A DNA stretch of 64,000 nt from Cirrosporium novae-zelandiae. Taxonomy: Eukaryota. The position numbers and the translations under genes are program-made. Within the stretch, counting starts at the first letter, position 1; each line of letters begins with the position of its first letter. Below the pieces are notes generated by a model, which was not told the DNA's origin, ran no database searches, and was given only the letters and a program-made list of their open reading frames with translations. Location of the stretch: contig JAPETS010000026.1 in the NCBI GenBank assembly GCA_026023565.1, positions 372,001 to 436,000 of the forward strand, written 5' to 3'. Below are positions 37,529-48,516 of this stretch, piece by piece.

Positions 37529-38741
37529 ATGCCTCCCTTGTCTCTTCCACCAACTCCCTCAATCCCTATCTCGGGTTTCCCTCCCGGCGCCTCTCAAGGT
37601 TTCATCACCCTCCCTCATAAACCTTCCGTTCAAATAAACTACTTCTTCGTTCCCCCAAGCCAGCCCACCCAATCACCCTCCACCAAAAAACGCCTTCTCG
37701 TCTTCCTCAACGGCTTAATATTACCCCAAGAATATTGGAAGCCCACCATCTTAGCTCTCACGCAGAGATGTGGACCCGATACCGAACTGCCAGCCATGCT
37801 CAGCTACGACCGGTACGGGCAGGGCCTTACCGTAGACCGAGATCCCCACGACCAATGGGGAGAAGAAGGATACGGCCACGATTTAACAGATACGATAGAA
37901 GATCTCCACCACCTAATAACCCAAATCGGGCGTTTAAAGCTTGATCGAGGGAATCCATTCTCCCATAACTCGCAAGGACAACCACCGCTAGAAGTAATCC
38001 TTGTAGCGAATTCCATCGGCTGCGCCATCGCCCGCCTCTACGCTCACGCACATCTCCCTTTAGTCACAGGTCTCGTCTTCCTAGATAGCATGATGGCAAA
38101 TTCAAACTTCGATTTCTTCCCGGATCCCGACGCCCCCAGCTTCGACATGTCCGCCTTGCCCAACGACGTGCAGGACATCGGGGTGGAGGGATTAAGATTG
38201 CATAGAAAGAATTTCCTGGACAGGTTCCATCCTAGTGTGAAGAATGAGGAGGGGTTGGATAGGAGGAATGCGGCAGAATTATTGCCAAAGGCGGGGAAGC
38301 CCGTACTGGCTGGGCCGGCGGAGGGGATGTTGGCTGTTGTGGTTGTGGAACATGATCCGCAGACATTTGCGGAGCACAGCTTTGAGGTGAGTGAGGGGGC
38401 TGATTGAATCCCTTGGCTTTTTTTTTCTTTTTCAATCGAATTTCCTTCTTCCAGGAGACACACATACACACATTAACCCCATTTTCTCCCCTCCCAACCA
38501 ACCACAAAACCCAACTACAATAACATATACAAAACAGTCAATGGGCACCCCCATCCCCCTCTCAAATCACTACACCAACCCAATCTGGAATACCTACAAC
38601 AAAAATCTAGTAAAAATCGCTGGCGAAAACGCGATTGCCAAAGGTCCGATCATTGCCAAGAGGTGTGGCCATTTTATCCAGAGGGATGATCCCGAGTTCG
38701 CTGCGAATATAATTTTGGCGCTTGGGGATGCACTGCAGTAG
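37529..38741 (+). CDS. Alpha/beta-hydrolase fold protein; 2 exons
   Basis: Exons 37529-38386 and 38538-38741. 'LVFLNGL', 'SYDRYGQG', nucleophile elbow 'VANSIG', C-terminal 'CGHFIQRDDPE' (putative catalytic His). Confidence 0.88.
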
Positions 38742-40294
38742 GAGTTCATGGTTCTTAGTATGTGGTATCCAAGGGTCACTTCGTTGATCCATCCCCTCCC
38801 AAGAGGCCTTTGGCCCTTGAACATATTTTATATCCCTGAACTTATAACTTACTTTCAATCATTTTCATCCTCCAATTCCACTCCTCCATACCTACCTTGA
38901 TCCAGTAGCTGCTCTCCCGCTCCCTCCAGTTCCTTCCGCATAGCTTCTTGATCAGGATAGGGCGCTGTCCTTGTGGATTTTAGGATTACATGACAGTCGA
39001 AGGATAAAAAAGCTGTGCTTATTTAAATCTCCATGGAGGATACCCATTTCATATATTTATATCACAATAACCTCACGGGGAGGAAGACCCTTAATAGTAG
39101 CATATACCTTCAACATGTTCGAGAACGAATCTGATGAGCCGGCCTTCTATCAAGTGTCCCAGGAACTCTGAGCTGACATTGTTTCATGCCTCAGGCATAA
39201 ACAATCATGTGATCGCAATTGGCCCGTGCTCGCACCTCCTTTTATATACACCGCTCATCTGTAGATTAAATGAACAACTATCCATGCTGAACTGTCCTTT
39301 CGATAATTGTGGCCCTCGATCCATGAGTATTCCCGTGTATCGGCAATACAGTGTCCAACTTCTCAGTCGAATCTTGCGTGTTTGATAAGGATAGGTCTCT
39401 CGGACCGTGGAGAAGACGCTATGTAGGTGTGTGGTGTAAGCATCTTGTCAATGTTGGAGGAGAGGCAACTAAAGTGCTTTGGAGACCAGGGAGGGGTGGT
39501 TGAGCTGAAATATTTCCTGCAGGCCTCTATGAAGCATGGTGTAGTGCTTCCGGTAGCTTGCGTAGCATGGTCGGAATCCCACTCGCCTTAAGGAACTAGG
39601 GCAGTTTTTCTACCAGAATCGAAGGGAAGCAAAGGTCATCAGCGTCGTAAGTTCTTAGATCAATAGCGGTATGCTTCAAATGCTTTCCATCAACTAGCAT
39701 TATGTAATAACCAGGCTCATTACTGCGATCTATCTTTTAGTTCAAGACAGAGATGCTGGGAGACTCCATGGTGTGTTGGCAGACCTATCGAGGTTCCCGG
39801 TGCCATTAGAGAATCTCTTTGACATGAGTGCCGATATGGCTTACTATCTGGAAGTTCTGAGGCTAGAAGACTGTTGGGTGATACTGCAGGAATAATGGAA
39901 GTTGACTTTGTAGGTCAATTCCTATTGCAAAGAGACGTAAGTTCTTCGAAGAGGGACTCCGTCGCATCTGTGTCTAGAAAACAACCGAGGATTAGGATAT
40001 TCTAATGAGGTGAGTATTTGATAAGCTTCCAATGATCAGTCGGTTAAAAGCGCTGATCTAAATATTTTGCCATGTATTCGATAGTCTCGAGATCTTCCAC
40101 TAAAGGTGAGCAAGATATACAATAAGAAATTGCAACATGCATGGAAAGGCTACCTAATGTTGGGGTACAACGAAAAAAAAATCAATAGACACCAGGGTAA
40201 TCAGGAACTAGATTATCTAGCGACCAAAGGAAAAGATCATCTCTCTTTCATTTTTCATTTTTCCTGTTCCTTATGCAGATTATGGGTTGGCATA

Positions 40295-40338
40295 AAGGCG
40301 ACATGCGGACAATAAAATGAGTCATCATCATCATCATC
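40295..40338 (+). mobile_element. 5'-truncated non-LTR retroposon (SINE/LINE 3' end), copy A
   Basis: AAGGCGACATGCGGACAATAAAATGAGT(CAT)n flanked by a perfect 13-bp TSD ATGGGTTGGCATA (40282-40294 and 40339-40351). Confidence 0.8.
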
Positions 40339-41440
40339 ATGGGTTGGCATATGAGGGATATCGGAGACATAGGCCTATGTTAACACAGCTTATATTATAA
40401 TCATCATTCACGGCTCTATCATCAAAAAGAGAGCTGGAATAGTCATATTACATCAAGGAGACAAAAATGGTTGGCATAGAGACGAGTAGGGAGGTTAGAT
40501 GGCTGAGGGAAACTTATTTGAAGGAGTGTAGAAGGGGAAAGTGATTTCCGTTTAAGGGGCATCTAGCGGCCGAAAAGTGGTGGTGCCAAGAGCCTTTCCA
40601 GCACTCTACTCTATCTTATATTTCTATCAACAAAGATACCACGCAAAGTGAAATTAATCTTTGTCCTGTCTTAAAGATATTTCGACCCATTACGCAAGAA
40701 GGTGCAGATATATGTTTAGAATCCAAGTTAAATCGCGGCCAAGCAGTCAAATAGATGCCCAACTTAGTACCCTATCCAAATTAGAAGAGTTTCAAGGCTC
40801 GTGGAACATCTAGGCAACTGGGCTAATTATACTATATTAAGAGTTCATTGGGGCTTCCGTACTGTCCATTGACTCGCCTACATCATTCTCTAGAGCTGAC
40901 TAGGGTAAGATGGCAGACCTCCCCTCCATCTTATCCAGTGATGAATATCGATGGAGAGCTGTACAGAACCCCACGGGTTCCAAAGGTCTGCTCTCAACAG
41001 TATCAAGGCTATGAGGCCTCCTCCTCATTAGCAGATGGACCATAGATAAGACAATCGCAATCACCTTGCCCTATCTTGTTCTCGTCGATATAGTAACATA
41101 GCAAAGGATGTCTTCCTGCAATCATTACCTTGCACAATACTATCCTCTTCAATATGCTTAGATACGCCCGGTTAGTCTCCCACCCTGTTCCGAAACACAC
41201 CCGTTCCTTCGGGAGCCCGTGAAGAGACACTATCACTCGTGACCTAGCTAGTGTTCTGGGAGACTGAGCCAAGTTCTCTCGCATCCGATTCATGTTGAGA
41301 TGAGCAATCTGTTGCCGAGTTAAGCTTTAGGATACTTGATTTGGCTAGTAGAGAAAATATTTTGATCTGCCGTGTCACATAGATGGGCAGATTTCAAAAA
41401 ATTTGAGATCATGTCCTTGATGCTGTTCAAAGGAACGGCG

Positions 41441-41903
41441 TCTTACTGACATACGCCGTTTCTTTTTCGAGGGTTTGCGAGGACGGTACTGGTATGAGGA
41501 TGGTCAGGGGGGTATTTGGCTTTGAGCTCTCTGGCTTGTCTCTCAAACATCTGCTTCACGGGGGGATATTCATTTCTCCATTGTTGACCCATAATGATCG
41601 CTAAACCGATGTCAGTACGATACAAAGCATCAGTAGAATATTAGCTCACATATTTGATTATTATGAAGCCCGGGAAGGGGGCATAACCTCCCACCACCTC
41701 TAGTTAAAGGCATACCCGCAAGGGGGAGCTGGGGGCCCGCAGCTTAGGCTACAAGCCCACTGGCCACATCCGCCATAGCTTGTAGGCGACATGCGGACAA
41801 TAAAATGAATAATCATCATCATGAAGCCCGGTATTGTTTTCTTTGACCTGAGGATAGTGATGCTGTCTGTAAAGGATGAAGGTATTTGGAGGGGAATCTT
41901 GGT
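41441..41903 (-). pseudogene. Decayed MAT1-2-1-like (MATA_HMG-box) gene interrupted by a retroposon
   Basis: After removing the insertion, one TSD copy and intron 41649-41601 (GTGAGC...CTGAC...TAG, splitting a T|CG Ser codon), the sequence reads KIP/PNTFILYRQHHYPQVKENNTGLHNNQIS|IIMGQQWRNEYPPVKQMFERQARELKAKYPPDHP/YQYRPRKPSKKKRRMS, with two frameshifts (/). Confidence 0.8.
41674..41820 (+). mobile_element. 5'-truncated non-LTR retroposon, copy B (147 bp), inserted in the HMG box
   Basis: Ends ...GGCGACATGCGGACAATAAAATGAATAATCATCATC; 11-bp TSD ATGAAGCCCGG at 41663-41673 and 41821-41831. Confidence 0.85.
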
Positions 41904-42381
41904 GGTGCCAGTCCGTTTGGTCGTTTAAATATTCCATAACAGCTATAAACTCAGTTTAACGACACAAAGGATCATTCAAGCACCCGACCTCAGATCTAAG
42001 TGTTAACTAGCAATGTGAAGTGTAGCTAGAACCTCGAAAGAGAAATCACTTGACCTTCTTCCCAGTTTGATTTTGAGGGGAAGCCAAGCCAATGGGTAAA
42101 GCTCCTCGCGGGCTCATTAGAAGGAAATAGGCCAACAATAGTTCAAAGTATAGGTCCGGTCCATCAAACAGACCAAAGGGCCTTGTAGAAAGCCCTATTC
42201 TGTCTGGTTGGAAATGCCTGGCATAATGAAAGCAAGCCTACTCAAATGTTTGAGCTGTAGACGAGCTATGGAGATCATATTACATTGGTAGAGAAGGTCT
42301 GGTCCAAGCTTAAAATAACGAATTGGAAAGAAATTGAAGACTAGAAAAGATGACAAAGTGCTCAAGTAATAGTAAGCAATA

Positions 42382-42434
42382 GATATCCGCCATAACCCGA
42401 AGACGATATGCGGACAATAAGACGAATAATCATC
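42382..42434 (+). mobile_element. 5'-truncated non-LTR retroposon, copy C (more diverged)
   Basis: GATATCCGCCATAACCCGAAGACGATATGCGGACAATAAGACGAATAATCATC aligns to the 3' end of copy B; 14-bp TSD AATAGTAAG(C/A)AATA at 42368-42381 and 42435-42448. Confidence 0.75.
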
Positions 42435-42786
42435 AATAGTAAGAAATACTTGAGATCTCTAGCCATTTAAGGAAAATGTATACCAGAAAAATGTAACGAT
42501 CCTTCAAGAGAACTTCCTACTTGACTTCAAGACTTGTTGCAAGATGAAGGTATAACGGTCTGGTAAATAGCATATGAAATCGGAATAAAAAACCAATTCT
42601 CTCACAATGCGAGTTATCTGATTATAAGATAACTGCCTCAGGCATTGACAGTGATTAGCCCACGGCCCCGCGTGAGTCGCGTCATAATTTCGTAGCTGTC
42701 TACTCCCACAACTTGCAAACAGAAAGCAATCGTGAGATAATGTTTGAAATTGAAGTTCGATTTCTTAGTTCCAGTCCTATTTACCA

Positions 42787-43729
42787 ATGCTATATCAATC
42801 TAGGTTGATTCTCCGGCACACATTTCCCGTTTCCATATTCAGGACTGGCGTAGCTACAATGTCGACATTTACCTTGCCAAATACTACCCCAGAGGTTCCA
42901 GTGCATTTGGCTTCAGGTCTCACAAAAGATCAATTGCTTTCCTTTCCTGCCTTCAAGAACTGGATCTCTACCTTGAAACATTCATTATCTTTGCAGCAGT
43001 GTAAAAGTCATACTTTCTACGATGCACCGTACAAATTACGAAGAATTGAGATTCAAGCTGTTGATTTCTTTGGAGAATCCAAGCTGGGCTTTGTGAAGCT
43101 AATTGCTGATGTCTCAAATGACAATGGTGATAAACTTCCAGGTAGCGTCTTCTTGAGAGGAGGAAGTGTTGCTATGTTGGTATGGTTGTACTAAATTATC
43201 TGTGTGGCTTGTTGCTAACATCTTTCAGTTGATCCTCCAACCTGATGATACCCCCACCGATAGCGAAAAGGATAAATATGCCGTCCTTACCATTCAACCT
43301 CGAATAGCCGCCGGGTCTCTCGCAATGTATGAAATTCCAGCTGGAATGATTGATGATAGCGGATCCTTTGCTGGAAAGGCTGCCCAAGAAATTCAAGAAG
43401 AGACTGGTCTCGAAATTTCACAGGAAGAACTTTATAACCTCACCGAAGCTGCTATTGAAAGTAAAGATGAAGAAAGGCTTCAGAATGCTGTATATCCCTC
43501 CCCAGGTGGTTGCGACGAGTTTATCCCTATATTTTTATGTCGTAAACGAATGCCAAAAAAAGAGATTGAGGAATTGCAAGGCAAGCTAACAGGATTACGT
43601 GAACATGGGGAAATGATTACACTGAAGCTGGTTCCATTGGAGAAACTTTGGCAAGAAGGTGGTAGAGATGGAAAAGCACTCGCTGCCTGGGCTTTGTATG
43701 AAGGACTTCGAAAGGCAGAGCGACTATAA
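42787..43729 (+). CDS. Nudix hydrolase, ADP-sugar pyrophosphatase-like (plant NUDX14-type); 2 exons
   Basis: Intron 43180-43228. 'QAVDFFG', 'KLGFVKL', 'PGSVFLRGGSVAML', variant Nudix box 'EIPAGMIDDSGSFAGKAAQEIQEETGL', 'YPSPGGCDE', 'GLREHGEMITL'. Confidence 0.88.
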
Positions 43730-43909
43730 AACAAAGATCCAAATTTTACGAGACTTTGATAAAGTAATTTCTACCGTCTGGTGCATATTCAAAGAATATA
43801 TTCATGAATTTCTAGTTATCTTAGACAAACACCGGTCAATCTATACATTGCGCGCCATCATAAGATTGTGTCGCCTTGTTCTATCACCGATAATCAATCC
43901 ATCTAAATT

Positions 43910-44734
43910 TCAGAGCTTCATTCTTTTAGCCATCTCGATTCCTTCAGCCAAAGTGCCCACCCTAGCATCTATGCCGTAACCTTCGCTTTCTAATTTTTTG
44001 CACTCTTTATACAAGTCTCTAATGGGAACTGTGAAGCTTTCGATAAATTCATTTTCTTCTAGTTGCGGCTTGAGGTTTTGGTTTTCGGCCAGTGACATGT
44101 CGACAGTTACGTGAACCATGTTGAGATTGGTGTTGCAAAATCCAGGATCTAAGCCAACCGAGTGTTAGCAGAAAGCGAGGGTACGTAATTGATAGATGAA
44201 GTACCATTATACATAATTGGACTGATTTCCTCGGCCTTTCCTACATAACCAGTTTCTTCGTGTAATTCTCTAACCGCACATTCCTGTGGGGTTTCTCCCT
44301 CATCGATAAGACCTGCAGGAACTTCGATGACGACCTTGTTAACAGGTGGACGAAATTGTCTCTGCAAAAGCAGTTCTGGGCCTGTATCTTTGTTCAAGAT
44401 GGTAACGATTCCGACGCCATCGATCTCAGAACCCTTTGGTCGAGTCTAAAAAAAAAAAAAGACTTGAGCATATTTTTCCTCAGAGGATTACAAGATAGTT
44501 TTTGAAATTTTCATAGATGACGTACCTGACGTTCAGCGGATTCCCATGTCCTGGTGGTCCCAAGAGGATCTTCATATATTGTCTTCACCAATCTGGTCCA
44601 ACGAGCCTGTGCGGGGTACTTGCGATATAGAGTTAGATAGAAAGTAGATGGGCCGATAAGATGAAAGGGAGAAATACCAATGGCTCTGTAAATTTGACCT
44701 TGGCATCGGTAGCTTTTGGACTGGTTTCTGGCAT
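43910..44734 (-). CDS. YSA1: ADP-ribose pyrophosphatase (Nudix, NUDT5-like); 4 exons
   Basis: 'YEDPLGTTRTWESAER', 'LLQRQFRPPV', canonical Nudix box 'PAGLIDEGETPQECAVRELHEETGY', 'DPGFCNTNL', 'PQLEENEFIE', 'IDARVGTLAEG'. Confidence 0.88.
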
Positions 44735-45825
44735 TTTGATTGCGCAAGAAGTAATTTTTTTACTGTAGTTTTTGTTCTTGGTGTTTTTTTCCTGATGTTT
44801 ATCTAGATGGCTGAGAGATTGTGTTCCACCCAAGTCTCAAATCTTGTAGGAGACGCTAGCGAATCAGACGCTTCAAAATTGTTTTCCAGACCGATAGTGT
44901 TTTGCAGAAATAGTTCCCCAAGTCCTCTTCATATGCAAGAAATTTCCCATGAACTACTGTGTCACTGTGTATGGGCTTGGCTTTGGAGGTTAATTATCAT
45001 CAGACGATATATGCTTTCAGCCTTTCAATAATCCATTACTTTAAGACATTCTAGCACGCAATAATTGAAGTAATTGATCAGTGCTTATAGATTGAGTTAC
45101 CCTAGACCACCCGATGAATCTTGGTCTACTCACAGACTCAGCTACGTGCTGCTATTCAGCGTAGTGAATGGCGTACAATAATTGAAAGCAATATCTGCTC
45201 TTTTGTAACCTTTGGGGTTGACCATGAGATGAATGAAGCAACGTTGGGTATTGTGTCATGTAGATTATTTTTATCCGGGAACCCTGGTCAGGTTAACTTT
45301 TCTCCCGTATCAACTGATGCACACATCCAGTTCCCAGTTCATCGACTAAAAGTAGTCAGGCAGTAGGCAAGTCCCTCAGGAAATTCCTTTTCGTTGGTGT
45401 TGACCTAATTTAGAGTCAATGAACCCCCTTTTTGGTTCTTGCAATCAGCTATCAATTCGACGATTACCTGTGTGCCATATAGTGTGCTATACAGTGTGCC
45501 AGGCTACGTGCCAACCTGTGTCCAACCATCCAACCAGGTCTGTGTTTTTGTTGTGCAAAAGCTGATCAGCGAACAGTGCCACTTAGAAACAATTTGTTCC
45601 GGCCAAGCTCTGACGGACAGCTGACGGACAAGTTATAGTTTATCACTTTGATCCTAATTCGGAATAAGAATCTCCTCTTTCTCTCTAGTCCCCTTGAACT
45701 CTTTCCTAGCCAGAGCGGACCACTATCTTCTTCTAGGAATGATAAACTTCTCCTCGAATGTTGCAAATGATCAATGATAGCTCAGCCCAATTTACCCTCA
45801 AAAATTGAGGATTCATAGTTGTATC

Positions 45826-45870
45826 CTGTAGTCTCTGTAGTCTCTGTAGTCTCTGTAGTTTCTATAGTCT
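45826..45870. repeat. 9-bp tandem repeat (CTGTAGTCT), 4-5 units
   Basis: Direct reading: CTGTAGTCT CTGTAGTCT CTGTAGTCT CTGTAGTTT CTATAGTCT. Confidence 0.85.
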
Positions 45871-46390
45871 TGCTGTCGCTGCTTGAGGGGGGGAACGTCC
45901 TTGTGACAAGGTCCTATATTCGCCCATGATTTCTATTTTCTGTCCCTCATGTTTCATATACTGCCTCCAACCCTACAGTTATCTTAAGCATCCTCTCTTC
46001 GCTGTTGTGTTGGAAAGTACCTTTGTTCTTTCACTCACTCATTCCAGCTATACAGCTTCTGGTCGTCTTTAATTTGTTTTTTTACTATCTCCTTGTCTAT
46101 ATAGTTACATTCATTATATTAATCTTTTTTGTCTTTACGCGCCACACTGCGCTACTCTTCCAGTACCATATCCAGCTATATTTTAATAGTGAAACAGCAC
46201 CCAGCCTATCATTCATCTACAGACAATATCAATTGTGGCTCTTCCTGACATGAACGCATGAGCCAGGTTAGAAAACATTCAAGCTGCTTTTTGACATTCA
46301 ATACGGATTGGAACCTTGAGTTCAACTGTCCATATTTTGTCTATTCTATTCAGTGCAAACCTGAAGGCGACCATTTATATATTTGCCACC

Positions 46391-47632
46391 ATGACTTTTT
46401 CAGGAGCTGCTTTAACCTTGTAAGATTGCTTGCTGGCCAAGTCAAGACTATTCTAACTCTGAGGATAGGGTCATCATCGTTCCAATCGCCTTGCTTGTGG
46501 GTGGAGTGGCCATTACCAGATTTTGGATTGATAGAAAAAAGTGCGCCTGAAGAACTTTGTCTGATTGCTAGAGTTGATACTGACAGTATTCTAGGTCGCA
46601 AAAGCCCAGAAGAATAGCAGATGAAGAAGCCTTACCGGCTGGAGCGATAGAGAGAGATGCCCAATATGAAATGAGAACCTCGATTCGCGCGGAACCTCAC
46701 AAGCCACCTCCGATCATCATCACCACGCGATCGCGTTCTCCGTCAGATTCAACGTCTACAGCCACTACCCTACTCGGGAGTCCTGGACTGACAAAGCATA
46801 GCAATGATTCCGTCAATTCTCTTGTCCTCCCAAATACACCCAAGACGAGTTCTCCACTAGCTCTACATCCAGTACAAAGTCCTACTACACTCAACGGGAC
46901 ATTATCACCTACCTCACCTGGACTTGTTCCTGGAGATCGTCAAATTGCTGTACATACTGACGTGTATATTTCACCTATGCATTCTCCCACATTTCCCCTT
47001 TCTCCTCAATATGGGTATGGGAACAGAACCTCAATACATCGATCAGCAAGCATGGCTTCATCAGCCACACAATCCACTCAGGACACCAGGATCTACGTCC
47101 AAGAGGATGCGCCGCAGCTTTCTCTTCCAGAAGACATTGGCACGACATTCCGACGCAATTCAAAAGGGAGTGACATTGTCATGCCATCAACCCCTACCCG
47201 TCCTAGCACCGCTCATAAGTCAATATGTGAACCAATCGATGAGAACAGTGTTTCGGACTTTAATATGGAGACGACTCCACGTCGGGTTCTGAGCCGCGGT
47301 CGTGGTGATTCCTGTAAGAAATTTTGTACTTCATGATCCAACATGGAAATAAAAAGACACTAATACCATCAGCAGTGGATATCCCGCGCTCCCCTGTAAC
47401 TAAGCCCCCTCGCGTCCTCTCCGCCGTAGGTGTTTGGGGTGCCGAAATCTTCCGTGAAATCGACCAAGCCCTCTCCTCTTCTGAGGACGCGAAAAGCGAA
47501 AAGCGTCACTCGTTCCTTAGCCGCAAATCCTACTCCAGCAGCAGGAAATCAATGACAAGCCACAAGAGTGAGAAGAGGGTGTCGAAATCTGGAATGACGA
47601 GGAAGACTACATATGACCACTTGATTAGCTAG
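46391..47632 (+). CDS. Hypothetical single-pass membrane protein with Ser/Thr/Pro-rich disordered tail; 4 coding exons
   Basis: GCCACC-ATG at 46391. Exons 46391-46419, 46469-46540, 46595-47313 and about 47373-47632 all join in phase, giving MTFSGAALTLVIIVPIALLVGGVAITRFWIDRKKSQKPRR followed by the 46671 ORF. Confidence 0.75.
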
Positions 47633-48467
47633 GCTGGGAGAAAGAACACAGAATCACATTAATGAGAATATGATTATTGTTGTTTTCCGGGTCGGGTTGG
47701 AGAGGAGGATCAAGTCAAGGCACAAGAAATTATTATGTCTGTGGTGGAAATCCAAAATATAGGGAGGTCGAGGCTTCCGAGTTGCATCACCCTCAAGTCA
47801 ACAGTGCAGAAAACCCACGTACGAGTTAACATTCACATCCATCATGACCGTGAAGGATGGAATCTTCTCACCCTGAGTCGAAGAAACCACTCACCACGAC
47901 CGATCAAGGGATTCATCCCGTCCACCCCGCATCCGCCCTTAGGGCCATCATAAACATCCGCCGCCGTTACCTCTAACAAACGCACGGCCCACATCCCGCA
48001 ACCAGCGGGTTCCCTTAATGTGCCTTTCGCGACACATCCACTTACCTACCAATCATTTACCTAACGAGCCACGTTTACTTATTTTATTTATTTACCTACT
48101 TGGGAAAAATATATATATAACCCACCCTTAATCATTATTGCTTAATTTCCATGTCATGCCATATACAGGCACGCATACGTACATACCTATCTAATCCCAT
48201 TTCTATTCTATTTCCATATACCCACGACGCGACAACGACACGACGAACGTACCGCAACGCAATTGGGATAGCTCTTTTTTCCGAACGACTAAGACAGAGA
48301 AATACTATTAATGACGATCGGAATGAAAGCAAATCAAAGCGAATTAAATATTGCGGGGTTTTGTCTGTTTGGGAATTTGTTTGTTGTGTGATGTGGAAGT
48401 GCTTCGAGAAGAGAAGAGAAAGGATGTTTGAAGGATAATTATGAAAGTTGTTGTTGTTGTTGCATTT

Positions 48468-48472
<5 letters not shown>

Positions 48473-48513
<41 letters not shown>
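48473..48513. repeat. (TG)n microsatellite
   Basis: About 20 TG units read directly. Confidence 0.95.
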
Positions 48514-48516
<3 letters not shown>

